DNA of 32,000 bases from Psychrobacter sp. DM4 (lineage in GTDB: Bacteria; Pseudomonadota; Gammaproteobacteria; Pseudomonadales; Moraxellaceae). Location of the stretch: assembly GCF_051307035.1 (NCBI RefSeq), contig NZ_CP195536.1, positions 1,920,001-1,952,000 of the forward strand, read 5' to 3'. Position numbers and translations under genes: made by a program. Below, one piece after another: positions 1 through 9,055 of this stretch (the first letter of the stretch is position 1; each line of letters begins with the position of its first letter). The notes beneath the pieces are model-generated. The model saw only the letters and a program-made list of their open reading frames with translations. It was not told the DNA's origin and made no database searches.

Positions 1-1
1 C

Positions 2-802
2 GCCACTATTATTGAAGACAAGCGAGTGCAAGGCGTCTCATTGACAGGGTCTGAGCGCGCAGGACAAGCGGTTGCCAAAATAGCGGGCGGCGCACTTAAA
101 AAGGTCGTTCTAGAGCTTGGCGGTTCTGATGCCTTTATCGTGGCGGCAGACGCCGATCTTGCTCAAGCGATACAGAACGCTATTGTCGGTCGCTTTGGTA
201 ATACAGGTCAGGCTTGTAATGCAGCCAAACGTCTTATTGTTGTAGAAGACGTTTATGAGCCATTTGTAAAAGGTTTTACTGATACTGTACGTGGTATATC
301 AGCGGCAGACCCGCTACAACAAGACACTTTTATTGGTCCAATGTCCTCGCAGAGCGCTGCTGAAAACCTACAAAAGCAGTTAGATGGCGCAATTGAGAGT
401 GGTGCTACGGTGCTCGTTGAAGGGGGTATGAACGAAGACAAGGCTGGCGCATGGTTTGCCCCTGCGGTACTCGCTGACGTCGATAGCTCTATGCCTGTAT
501 ATAGCGAAGAATTGTTTGGTCCTGTTGCTGTCATCTATAAAGCGCGCGATATCGCTCATGCTATCGAGATTGCTAATGACGTGCCCTTTGGTTTAGGCGC
601 TTCTATTCAAACTCAAGATGCCGATCTTGCGGCTGATATCGCTGATCAGCTTGAGGTAGGTATGGTCTATATCAATACTCCCTCTGGTTCTGAGGCTAAT
701 ACGCCATTTGGCGGTGTTAAGCGCTCAGGGTTTGGTCGTGAGCTGGGTACATTAGGCATCACTGAATTTTTAAACTACAAGCTCATTCGTAATAAGTCTT
801 AA
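2..802 (+). CDS. Aldehyde dehydrogenase family protein, YneI/Sad-like NAD(P)+ succinate-semialdehyde dehydrogenase; the 5' end lies outside the window
   Basis: The frame is open from base 2 (ATIIEDKR precedes the GTG listed at 26), so the window edge truncates the gene. ALDH hallmarks are present: LELGGSD (general-base Glu), GQACNAAKR (catalytic Cys), EELFGPV and PFGGVKRSGFGRE. The resemblance to E. coli YneI is recalled, not searched. Confidence 0.85.
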   Translation, partial: ATIIEDKRVQGVSLTGSERAGQAVAKIAGGALKKVVLELGGSDAFIVAADADLAQAIQNAIVGRFGNTGQACNAAKRLIVVEDVYEPFVKGFTDTVRGISAADPLQQDTFIGPMSSQSAAENLQKQLDGAIESGATVLVEGGMNEDKAGAWFAPAVLADVDSSMPVYSEELFGPVAVIYKARDIAHAIEIANDVPFGLGASIQTQDADLAADIADQLEVGMVYINTPSGSEANTPFGGVKRSGFGRELGTLGITEFLNYKLIRNKS

Positions 803-875
803 TCTATAAAACCTTTAAAAGCTTAATTTCTAGTTTTTTGGAAAAGGATTCTTAGATAGCTAAATTTTTAGACAA

Positions 876-908
876 AGAAAAAGCCTAACATAGTGTTAGG
901 CTTTTTTA
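876..908. terminator. Bidirectional rho-independent terminator between convergent aldehyde dehydrogenase genes
   Basis: A perfect 10-bp stem AAGCCTAACA (881-890) / TGTTAGGCTT (894-903) is flanked by an A-run on the left and TTTTTT on the right. Confidence 0.7.
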
Positions 909-1028
909 GGTTTGAAAATTAAGACCTACCTTTTAGTAGGGTTCTGTATTAACCAGTGCTGATTGACTACTTTTAGCCCCTCAAACGCTTTGTCCATGAC
1001 TACTTTTAGCAGTCGAGCTTGTATCAAA

Positions 1029-2522
1029 CTAACTGACATCAGAGCACCAGTATTTGGTCACAACATACTCATCTATTCCGTATTTTGAGCCTTCACGGCC
1101 AAACCCTGATTGTTTGACGCCGCCAAAGGGCGCAACTTCTGTTGAGATAAGACCTGTGTTATGACCGACGATACCGTACTCCAGACCTTCTGTTACCCGC
1201 CATGCACGAGCATAGTCGCTACAATAAAAATAGGCGGCTAATCCATAAATGGTGTCATTAGCCAAACGTATGGCTTCGCTCTCATCTGTAAAGGTAAAGA
1301 TAGTCGCGATGGGACCAAAGATCTCCTCTCGAGCGATATCCATATCGGTATTTAAGTCAGTCACGATTGTTGGGTTATAACTGAGCGCTGAGGCCTCATT
1401 GGTGCTACCGCCTGCGATGAGCGTCGCGCCTTTATCTAGAGCATCTTTGAGTAGTGCTTGTACTTTGTCCAAGGCTTTTTGATTGATCATCGGTCCGATG
1501 TCGACACCTTCTTGCATACCATCACCAACGCTTAGCTTAGCGACTTTTTTGACAAAGATGTCTAAGAATTTGTCTTTTACGCTGTCTTGAACATAGACGC
1601 GGTTGGCACAAACACAAGTCTGACCGGCATTACGGAATTTAGAGGCGATAAGGCCGTCAGCGGCTTTTTCTAGGTCCGCATCATCAAAGACGATGAATGG
1701 CGCATTGCCACCAAGCTCTAAGGATAGCTTTTTGATCGTAGGCGCGCACTGAGCCATCAAAGTACGACCGACCTCTGTTGATCCTGTGAATGAGAGCTTA
1801 CGAATACGAGCATCACCCGTCAAGATATCACCGATGACTGATGATTTACCAGTGACCACTTGGATGACACCTGCAGGAATACCTGCTTGCTCTGCTAGTA
1901 CGCCAAGCGCTAACGCCGAAAATGGCGTCTCTGTCGCAGGTTTAATGATCATCGTGCAACCTGCTGCTAGTGCGGGGGCCGCTTTACGGGTGATCATCGC
2001 GGCAGGAAAGTTCCAGGGCGTGATCGCAGCGCAGACGCCGATGGGTTGTTTGAGTACCACATAGCGTAATTGAGACTTGGTCGCTGGAATGACGTCGCCA
2101 TAGACGCGCTTGCCTTCCTCGCCAAACCAGCGGATAAAGCTATTGGCATAACTGATCTCGCCGCGAGACTCAGTCAGCGGTTTGCCTTGTTCAGCGGTCA
2201 TTAATATCGCAAGATCTTCCTTATTAGCATCGATAAGATCCGCCCATTTTTGTAATATATCACAACGCTCTTGTGGTGTTTTGGCGGCCCACTCTCTTTG
2301 CGCTTCGTGAGCATAGTCGACCGCTGCATTGACGTCTTCGCTAGTCAGACTTGGGACGTGACCGATGATATTTTGTGTAAAAGGGTTACTCACCTCAATC
2401 GTCTCAGTATTGCTCGCTGCATGCCAGCCGTCTTTTATTAAGCACTGCTGTTTGAGTAGGTCTGGGTTTGATAAATTTAATAAATGTTGTGACTGCTCTG
2501 ATGTGTTTTGCATGTTTGACAT
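1029..2522 (-). CDS. gabD: NADP+-dependent succinate-semialdehyde (or glutarate-semialdehyde) dehydrogenase, GabD/DavD type
   Basis: The protein appears near-collinear with remembered E. coli GabD (ITPWNFPAAMITRK, LELGGNAPFIVF, FRNAGQTCVCANR, EAPFGGVKQSGFGREGSKYG). The listed ORF starts at 2684. The ATG at 2522 (MSNMQNT...) has AGGAAG 7 nt upstream and gives a GabD-like length, so I use it. The start is less certain than the identity. Confidence 0.9.
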   Translation of the reverse strand: MSNMQNTSEQSQHLLNLSNPDLLKQQCLIKDGWHAASNTETIEVSNPFTQNIIGHVPSLTSEDVNAAVDYAHEAQREWAAKTPQERCDILQKWADLIDANKEDLAILMTAEQGKPLTESRGEISYANSFIRWFGEEGKRVYGDVIPATKSQLRYVVLKQPIGVCAAITPWNFPAAMITRKAAPALAAGCTMIIKPATETPFSALALGVLAEQAGIPAGVIQVVTGKSSVIGDILTGDARIRKLSFTGSTEVGRTLMAQCAPTIKKLSLELGGNAPFIVFDDADLEKAADGLIASKFRNAGQTCVCANRVYVQDSVKDKFLDIFVKKVAKLSVGDGMQEGVDIGPMINQKALDKVQALLKDALDKGATLIAGGSTNEASALSYNPTIVTDLNTDMDIAREEIFGPIATIFTFTDESEAIRLANDTIYGLAAYFYCSDYARAWRVTEGLEYGIVGHNTGLISTEVAPFGGVKQSGFGREGSKYGIDEYVVTKYWCSDVS

Positions 2523-2745
2523 AGTAATGCTTCCTGTTGCTATATAAATATAAGTATCATAAGGGTAGCGCCGTACTGATTCAGCTCGCTGAGCAAATTG
2601 AGCAGCGCTTAGGGTTTGTTGCTCATCAGTAAAGTAATGGACGGAGCCTAGAGTACTTTGGAGGTATGTTTTTACAGGGTACACTCATTGACGTAACGGA
2701 ATTTTTGAGTGCTTTATTACCCTGATATCAATTGGAATAAAATAG

Positions 2746-3984
2746 CTAAACAATCCCATCTGCGCGAAGCTTCGCTATCATATCTTCATCATAACCTAAA
2801 TCGCTCAGCGTACTATCAGTATGCTCGCTCAAACGTGGCGGCGGCGTGCGATAACTAACGGGTGACTCGGATAATTTAATCGGATTGCCCAGCACTCGTA
2901 CTGGGCTACCTTGCTTGGAAAAATCGACAATCATGCCGCGTGCCTCAGCTTGTGGCATTGCTAAAGCCTCAGCAACGTTGTGAATAGAGCCACACGGTAT
3001 ACCTGCTTTATTTAGAGCCTTCAACCAATAATCACGCGGTTTATCAGCGAACTTGATGACAAGCTTGTCACATAATAGTTTACGGTTTTTTACGCGAGCA
3101 GGATTAGTCGTAAAGCGTGTGTCTTGATGCCAGTCCATCTCTAATACGCCACAGAGTTTAGCGAATTGGCTATCATTACCACACGCTAAGATAAAATGCT
3201 GATCGCCTGCGCCTGCGAACACTTGATAAGGAACGATATTGGGATGTTGATTGCCAAGCCTTGGTGGTACTTCGCCTGATGCTAAATGATTCATGCCGAC
3301 GTTTGCGAGCATGGCAAGGGCGCTGTCCAATAGTGCCACGTCGACGTGCTGTCCGCGCCCCGTATGCTGACGTGCTATTAGCGCGGCTTGAATGCCTATC
3401 GTTAGTTGTAAACCTGCAAATAAATCAACGACTGCCACGCCGACTTTATGCGGTTCGCCATCGCCAGGCCCTGTGATACTCATAAGCCCTGATTGACCTT
3501 GAATAATATAGTCGTACCCGGGGCGTTTGGCATCGGGACCTGTCTGTCCAAACCCTGTCAATGAAGCATAGATGAGGCGCGGATGCTGCTGTTTGAGGCT
3601 GTCGTAATCTAGACCGTACTTTTTGAGACCACCAACTTTAAAGTTCTCTACCACAATATCGCTTTGGGTAATGAGCTGTTTGATAATCTTTTGACCTGCT
3701 ATGGTTGTGATATCAACGGTGAGTGATTTTTTATTGCGGTTAATCGTCGCATAATAGGCAGAAGTGCCATCGCTAAAGGCAGGCGGCGCCCAATGGCGAG
3801 TCTCATCGCCACTATCGGAACGTTCAATTTTGATCACCTCACAGCCCAGATCCGCAAGCACTTGCGTACAAGAGGGTCCTGCCAATACTCTCGATAAATC
3901 AAGAACTTTAATACCTTGTAACGCGCCTTGTTTATCGTTAGTTGACACGTCGTTGTTATCGTTTTGAATGGTTGTCTCGTCCAT
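2746..3984 (-). CDS. Class III (CaiB/BaiF family) CoA-transferase; by context probably a glutarate:succinyl-CoA transferase
   Basis: The N-terminal GIKVLDLSRVLAGP motif and overall family-III signatures (GYDYIIQGQSGLMSITG) are present. The gene lies directly downstream of glutaryl-CoA dehydrogenase on the same strand. The substrate is inferred from context only. Confidence 0.8.
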   Translation of the reverse strand: MDETTIQNDNNDVSTNDKQGALQGIKVLDLSRVLAGPSCTQVLADLGCEVIKIERSDSGDETRHWAPPAFSDGTSAYYATINRNKKSLTVDITTIAGQKIIKQLITQSDIVVENFKVGGLKKYGLDYDSLKQQHPRLIYASLTGFGQTGPDAKRPGYDYIIQGQSGLMSITGPGDGEPHKVGVAVVDLFAGLQLTIGIQAALIARQHTGRGQHVDVALLDSALAMLANVGMNHLASGEVPPRLGNQHPNIVPYQVFAGAGDQHFILACGNDSQFAKLCGVLEMDWHQDTRFTTNPARVKNRKLLCDKLVIKFADKPRDYWLKALNKAGIPCGSIHNVAEALAMPQAEARGMIVDFSKQGSPVRVLGNPIKLSESPVSYRTPPPRLSEHTDSTLSDLGYDEDMIAKLRADGIV

Positions 3985-4128
3985 AATATTCTCTTTATCT
4001 CTAAATGTTTTACCGAACTGTATTTAAATGATTATCCAACGCCAAAACTAAAAACGCCCGCAACTGTTGAGCATTGATTAGCCAAACAGTCACGTGCGTC
4101 ATTTACACTAAAGGTGCTTTGTGATCGA

Positions 4129-5331
4129 TCAGAAAAAAGCTTGAATACCCGTCTGCGCGCGACCCAAGATTAGCGCGTGGATGTCATGCGTGCCCTCATA
4201 AGTATTAACCGCCTCCAAGTTCATCACATGACGGATGATATGGTACTCATCAGAGATACCGTTACCACCATGCATGTCACGGGCAACGCGCGCAATGTCA
4301 AGCGCTTTGCCGCAGTTGTTACGCTTGATGAGCGATATCATCTCAGGGGCGGCGTTATGCTCATCCATCAGGCGACCTACGCGTAGAGCCGCTTGTAAGC
4401 CAAGGGTAATCTCTGTTTGCATATTAGCAAGTTTCAACTGTACCAGCTGAGTTGCTGCTAGTGGACGACCGAACTGTTTACGATCTAGCGTGTACTGACG
4501 CGCCGCTTTCCAGCAAAATTCAGCCGCGCCCATAGAACCCCATGCAATACCGTAACGTGCTTTGTTCAAGCAGCCAAATGGACCACCCAAACCGCGAATA
4601 TCTGGAAAGGCGTTGGCTTCTGGAACAAACACTTTGTCCATAACAATCTCACCTGTGACAGAGGCACGCAGTGAGAATTTGCCTTCAATTTTCGGTGCTG
4701 ATAGCCCTTTCATACCTTTATCTAAGATAAAACCACGGATTTTGTCTTCGTCATCCTTTGCCCAAACAACGAACACATCAGCGATAGGGCTATTGGTAAT
4801 CCACATTTTGCTGCCTGTTAACTCATAACCGCCATCAACCGCGCGTGCACGGGTCGACATAGAGGCAGGATCTGAACCTGAATCAGGCTCTGTCAGACCA
4901 AAGCAGCCCACATATTCACCTGTAGCCAGCTTTGGCAAATATTTCTCTCTTTGTTCTTCTGTACCGTATTCATGAATAGGATGCATCACAAGGCTTGACT
5001 GGACACTCATCGCCGAACGATAACCTGAATCTACCGCTTCGATCTCTTTAGCCAATAGCCCATAAGCCACGCTTGACAATCCAGCACAGCCATAGCCTTC
5101 GATCGTCACACCAAGTAGACCCATCTCACCCATTTGACGCATAATATTGCGATCAAAGTTCTCATGACGATTGGCCTGTACGATACCCGGCATAAGCTCT
5201 TTTTGAAAAAACTGGTGCGCGCTGTCGGTAACCATGCGCTCTTCATCAGTCAACTGATCACGAAGTAAAAAAGGATCCTCCCAATCAAAGCTTGGGCTAG
5301 CGTTAGTGCGGGTAGTAGTAATAGGTGCCAT
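4129..5331 (-). CDS. gcdH: Glutaryl-CoA dehydrogenase
   Basis: The protein has an acyl-CoA dehydrogenase fold. [18 protein letters not shown] at the N-terminus and [16 protein letters not shown] (catalytic Glu context) at the C-terminus are typical of GCDH. AAGGAG lies 6 nt upstream of the ATG at 5331. Confidence 0.9.
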   Translation of the reverse strand: MAPITTTRTNASPSFDWEDPFLLRDQLTDEERMVTDSAHQFFQKELMPGIVQANRHENFDRNIMRQMGEMGLLGVTIEGYGCAGLSSVAYGLLAKEIEAVDSGYRSAMSVQSSLVMHPIHEYGTEEQREKYLPKLATGEYVGCFGLTEPDSGSDPASMSTRARAVDGGYELTGSKMWITNSPIADVFVVWAKDDEDKIRGFILDKGMKGLSAPKIEGKFSLRASVTGEIVMDKVFVPEANAFPDIRGLGGPFGCLNKARYGIAWGSMGAAEFCWKAARQYTLDRKQFGRPLAATQLVQLKLANMQTEITLGLQAALRVGRLMDEHNAAPEMISLIKRNNCGKALDIARVARDMHGGNGISDEYHIIRHVMNLEAVNTYEGTHDIHALILGRAQTGIQAFF

Positions 5332-5416
5332 GTCGTGCTCCTTGACGTGCGGTTTGGTTGAATCGCCAAATGTTACTAACTACATTAGCTACTCAAAGTA
5401 GTATGCTTGACGTTAT

Positions 5417-5443
5417 TGTTTCACTGTGCGAAACTAAGTTTCA
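5417..5443. promoter_or_regulatory. Candidate operator in the gcdH/iclR divergent region (inverted plus direct GTTTC half-sites)
   Basis: The sequence is TGTTTCACTGTGCGAAACTAAGTTTCA, with half-sites GTTTC (5418-5422), GAAAC (5430-5434) and GTTTC (5438-5442). It sits between the divergent starts at 5331 and 5511. A palindrome plus an extra direct repeat is the layout reported for some IclR-type operators such as PcaU/PobR. No binding evidence exists here. Confidence 0.3.
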
Positions 5444-5510
5444 TAATTTAAAACTATTTAAGCAGATATCGATCGGATTGTAAACTTTTAATTGAAAATT
5501 TGAGAATAAA

Positions 5511-6335
5511 ATGATAAAAAAACTACCAACCAATGCTTCTGTATTAGCTCGTACTACGGATCTGCTAGAACAAAGTAAGACTAATAAAGATCGACAATTT
5601 GTTACCGCTTTGGGTCGCGGTTTGGCTGTGTTAGCGGCTTTTGAAAATGACGAAGCACTCAGCCATCAGCAGTTGTCTCAGATGAGCGGACTACCCAAGG
5701 CAACGGTTACCCGCCTTATTTATACTTTGACCACGCTTGGGTTTTTGCGTACGACGCCGCACGGTCAATATCAGCTCGGGAGCAGTGCGGTACGCCTGAG
5801 TGCATCGGCATGGAGTCGGCATGATATGGTGGCGATCGCTGAACCTTTGTTGCGCCAGTTCGCCATTGACCATGAAGTATCGGTCAATCTAGCGATAGAG
5901 GTTGAGGGTGAGATGCGTTATTTGGCTTGTCATCGTAGCCCTGCGCGCCTATCAGTCAATCTACAAGTTGGCTCAGCTGTGCCCATTGAGAAAACCGCTA
6001 TCGGGCGTGCTTTTTATGCGACAAGCACACCTAATCGTCAAAACGCTATCAAGACCGGCCTACAAGAACAGTTATCTCTAGAAGAATATAAGCAAGTACA
6101 AAACATGCTCACAGATGCGACCAGATTCTATGAGACAAATGGCTATACTCTATCAGACGGTGAATTTTCTCCCGATATCTTAGCCGTAGCGGTTGGAGTA
6201 TTCGACATCACAACGGGGCATTACGGTTATTCATTAAATGCTAGCGTACCAAGAGCGAACTGGGAAGCTGATAAATATGCCGAGATGATTGTGCCTAAGT
6301 TGCAAGAGCTGGCTGAGCGGATTGGCGCCAGCTAA
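5511..6335 (+). CDS. IclR family transcriptional regulator
   Basis: The size is about 270 aa. An N-terminal winged HTH (LSHQQLSQMSGLPKATVTRLIYTLTTLGFL) is followed by an IclR-type effector domain. The gene is divergent from the gcdH operon. Confidence 0.85.
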   Translation: MIKKLPTNASVLARTTDLLEQSKTNKDRQFVTALGRGLAVLAAFENDEALSHQQLSQMSGLPKATVTRLIYTLTTLGFLRTTPHGQYQLGSSAVRLSASAWSRHDMVAIAEPLLRQFAIDHEVSVNLAIEVEGEMRYLACHRSPARLSVNLQVGSAVPIEKTAIGRAFYATSTPNRQNAIKTGLQEQLSLEEYKQVQNMLTDATRFYETNGYTLSDGEFSPDILAVAVGVFDITTGHYGYSLNASVPRANWEADKYAEMIVPKLQELAERIGAS

Positions 6336-6489
6336 AGATACGCCATCAAAAACCCGAACAGTAGCATGACTTAATTTTTATTCAGTCATGCTATTATAAT
6401 CATAAGATATATACGATAGTTGTAGTGATAGATTACGTCCTGCTTATCTATTCACTGCCGCGTTTTCATAGTTATAGCTGAGCCTTGTC

Positions 6490-8244
6490 ATGCCCCAATC
6501 TCGTACTAACCTAAATGCTGAACCCAAAACGGACTCCACCTACCTTTCAGGCTTACTGCTACGCTATAGTACCTTAGCTGCAGCCGCCTTGCTGTTTTTG
6601 GCAGGCTTACTACTGACCAATTGGTGGCTCATTCTCATTGGTGGTGCATTAGTCGCTGTCGGGGTCTACGATCTTATTCAATCCAAGCATGCGATATTGA
6701 ACAACTACCCTATCGCAGGTCACATCCGCTATGTGCTTGAGGACTTTCGTCCTGAAATTCGCCAGTATTTATTAGAAGATGACAAGGAACAAGTACCGTT
6801 TTCGCGTCAGCAGCGCGCACTCGTCTATCAACGCGCTAAAAACGTCAGCGATACCAATGCCTTTGGTACTTTAGATGATCTGTATCATCATGGCAAAGAG
6901 TGGTTTTTGCAATCGGCAATCAGTCATCCTTTAGATAACCATGACTTTCGCATTACCGTTGGCGGAGCACGTTGCAAGCAGTCACATGATATGTCGGTGT
7001 TTAATATCTCAGCGATGAGCTTTGGTAGTCTGTCTGCCAACGCGATCATGGCACTCAATCAAGGCGCTAAGATGGGCGGCTTTACCCACGACACTGGCGA
7101 GGGCGCAATCAGTCCTTATCATCGCAAGTTCGGCGGCGATCTCATTTGGGAGCTGGGTACAGGCTACTTTGGTTGCCGTCATAACGATGGCAGCTTCGAT
7201 GCCGCATCCTTCGCCGAAAAAGCAATCGAGCCGCAAGTTAAAATGATTGAGATTAAACTCTCACAAGGCGCCAAACCTGGTAAGGGCGGCGTGTTGCCTA
7301 GCGAGAAAATTACTCAAGAGATTGCAGATACTCGGCAAGTGCCTATGGGTCAAGACTGCGTGTCGCCTTCCTCGCATAGTGCTTTTAGTACACCGCTTGA
7401 GCTGGTTGCGTTTTGGCAGCAGCTGCGTGAATTGTCAGGCGGTAAACCCGTCGGATTCAAACTATGTATCGGGCAACCATGGCAGTTCATGGCAATCGTC
7501 AAAGCCATGATAGCAACTGACAACTATCCTGATTTTATTGTCGTTGATGGCGCAGAAGGTGGTACGGGAGCCGCGCCCGTTGAGTTTATGGATAATGTTG
7601 GCATGCCGCTGATTGATGGGTTTTTGCTCGTACACAACACCTTAGTCGGCGCAGGTATCCGTGACAAGATCAAGCTTGGCGTTAGCGGCAAAATTGTCTC
7701 AGGTTTTGATATTGCACGCCTGCTAGCCCTAGGCGCAGATTGGTGCAATTCAGCACGGGGCTTTATGTTCGCGGTTGGCTGTATTCAGTCGCGCTCTTGT
7801 CATACCAATACCTGTCCAACTGGCGTGGCAACCCAAGACCCTTATCGCCAGAAGGCGCTTGATGTGCCAAGTAAAGCTGAGCGTGTGGCAAGCTTTCATA
7901 AGAACACCCTCAAGTCTCTTGCTAGCATCGTAGGCGCAGTAGGACTTGAGCATCCTAGTCAATTAAAGCCCTATCATATCGCACGTCGTTTAGATGATGG
8001 GCAAATTAAGCTATTATCTAAGTTCTATTACTTTACAGATGAGGGCGCGCTCCTTGATCAGACAGCACGTGCTGACGTGTTTAACCAGATGTGGGTAATG
8101 GCTGATGCTCATACCTTTTTGCCCGATAACGATGCTCTAATCGCTTACAATAAAGACTCACGAGATAAAGGTAAAAAGACTCGCAAATACGGTATAGAGT
8201 CGGTTGAGGACATTACAGAAGACATTAATGAGAACCTAAAATAA
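6490..8244 (+). CDS. FMN-binding glutamate synthase family protein (GltB domain-2-like) with an N-terminal membrane anchor
   Basis: The GltS FMN-domain signatures VVDGAEGGTGAAP and CHTNTCPTGVATQD, plus KLSQGAKPGKGG, are present. Two hydrophobic helices occupy the first ~65 aa (LAAAALLFLAGLLL, WWLILIGGALVAVGV). Confidence 0.8.
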   Translation: MPQSRTNLNAEPKTDSTYLSGLLLRYSTLAAAALLFLAGLLLTNWWLILIGGALVAVGVYDLIQSKHAILNNYPIAGHIRYVLEDFRPEIRQYLLEDDKEQVPFSRQQRALVYQRAKNVSDTNAFGTLDDLYHHGKEWFLQSAISHPLDNHDFRITVGGARCKQSHDMSVFNISAMSFGSLSANAIMALNQGAKMGGFTHDTGEGAISPYHRKFGGDLIWELGTGYFGCRHNDGSFDAASFAEKAIEPQVKMIEIKLSQGAKPGKGGVLPSEKITQEIADTRQVPMGQDCVSPSSHSAFSTPLELVAFWQQLRELSGGKPVGFKLCIGQPWQFMAIVKAMIATDNYPDFIVVDGAEGGTGAAPVEFMDNVGMPLIDGFLLVHNTLVGAGIRDKIKLGVSGKIVSGFDIARLLALGADWCNSARGFMFAVGCIQSRSCHTNTCPTGVATQDPYRQKALDVPSKAERVASFHKNTLKSLASIVGAVGLEHPSQLKPYHIARRLDDGQIKLLSKFYYFTDEGALLDQTARADVFNQMWVMADAHTFLPDNDALIAYNKDSRDKGKKTRKYGIESVEDITEDINENLK

Positions 8245-8251
8245 GTCAACT

Positions 8252-9055
8252 ATGCGTTCTACTTCTATTACAGCAAACATTACGGTTTTTTTGGCAATAA
8301 CCATTAGTGCTTGCCAACCTGTAACATCAGACGACAAAAATTTATCGAGTAAGGACTGGTCATGCGTAGTCCAAGACAGCCCTTTTAGTTATAGTGCATG
8401 CCACATTGATATGCAGGTACTTGCTGGTGACGACTATGATCTACAACTGTTTTGGCAAGACAATAATAAGCAGACATTTTTGACTTTTGATACTCTTGTC
8501 GCAAGTCTACCCTCCGAGCAAACTTTGGCTTTTGCGATGAACGCGGGTATGTATAATCAAGAGTATGCGCCTATCGGTTATACGATTATAGAGGGTCAAG
8601 AGATTCGCGCGCTTAACTTAAATGAAGGCGGTGGCAATTTCCATCTGCTACCCAATGGCGTTATGTGGTGGGATAAGACAGGTGTGGTACACATTACTGA
8701 AAGTAATGCTCTAGCAGCGCTTATCGATAGGGATGCGATAAGCGTTCAGTACGCGACGCAATCGGGGCCTATGCTCGTCATCGATGGTGACATTCATCCA
8801 GCGTTTAATGAAAATAGCACTTCGCTGAAGTTTCGTAACGGTGTAGGCGTTTGTGATAATGGCAGTATACAGTTTGTGAACAGTGATGAGCCTGTGAACT
8901 TTTATACTTTTGCTTCATTATTCAAGGACGATTTAAACTGTTCTAATGCGCTATTTTTAGATGGCGGCATCGCCTCCGCGCTTTATGCACCAGATATCGA
9001 TAAACATGATAAAAAAGAGATGGGCGTAATAGTTGGGGTGGTTCAAAATAAATAG
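8252..9055 (+). CDS. Phosphodiester glycosidase family (DUF2233 / YigE-like) lipoprotein
   Basis: A lipoprotein signal with lipobox ITISAC is present. The motifs MNAGMY, ATQSGPMLVIDG, RNGVGV and NALFLDGGIAS fit the remembered DUF2233/NAGPA pattern. The start is 8 nt after the stop of the upstream gene. Confidence 0.65.
   Translation: MRSTSITANITVFLAITISACQPVTSDDKNLSSKDWSCVVQDSPFSYSACHIDMQVLAGDDYDLQLFWQDNNKQTFLTFDTLVASLPSEQTLAFAMNAGMYNQEYAPIGYTIIEGQEIRALNLNEGGGNFHLLPNGVMWWDKTGVVHITESNALAALIDRDAISVQYATQSGPMLVIDGDIHPAFNENSTSLKFRNGVGVCDNGSIQFVNSDEPVNFYTFASLFKDDLNCSNALFLDGGIASALYAPDIDKHDKKEMGVIVGVVQNK

Noticed and set aside
253-534. Antisense or out-of-frame ORFs nested in well-supported genes. 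Examples are 253-534, 1786-2064, 2365-2547, 3261-3476, 4562-4828, 7009-7510, 9881-10240, 10823-11086, 13922-14311, 16811-17104, 18338-18804, 21593-1889, 23978-24298, 24975-25157, 28070-28312 and 30357-30695.
   Set aside because: Each lies entirely inside a longer ORF that has clear family motifs. Their translations are low-complexity or Ser/Ala/Cys/Arg-rich shadow-frame products with no recognisable motif and no RBS context. I treated them as spurious.
937-946. The 10-mer TAGGGTTCTG at 937-946 and 20301-20310 resembles the MITE terminal repeat (TAGGGTCTG...), suggesting solo TIR remnants.
   Set aside because: Exact 10-mer recurrences are expected many times by chance in 32 kb read on both strands. 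Similarity beyond the 10-mer needs several indels. This is not convincing without a genome-wide search.
2523-2684. A 54-codon N-terminal extension of the gabD ORF as listed (start at 2684).
   Set aside because: The extension has no counterpart in remembered GabD sequences. The internal ATG at 2522 has a good AGGAAG Shine-Dalgarno and restores a GabD-like N-terminus and length.
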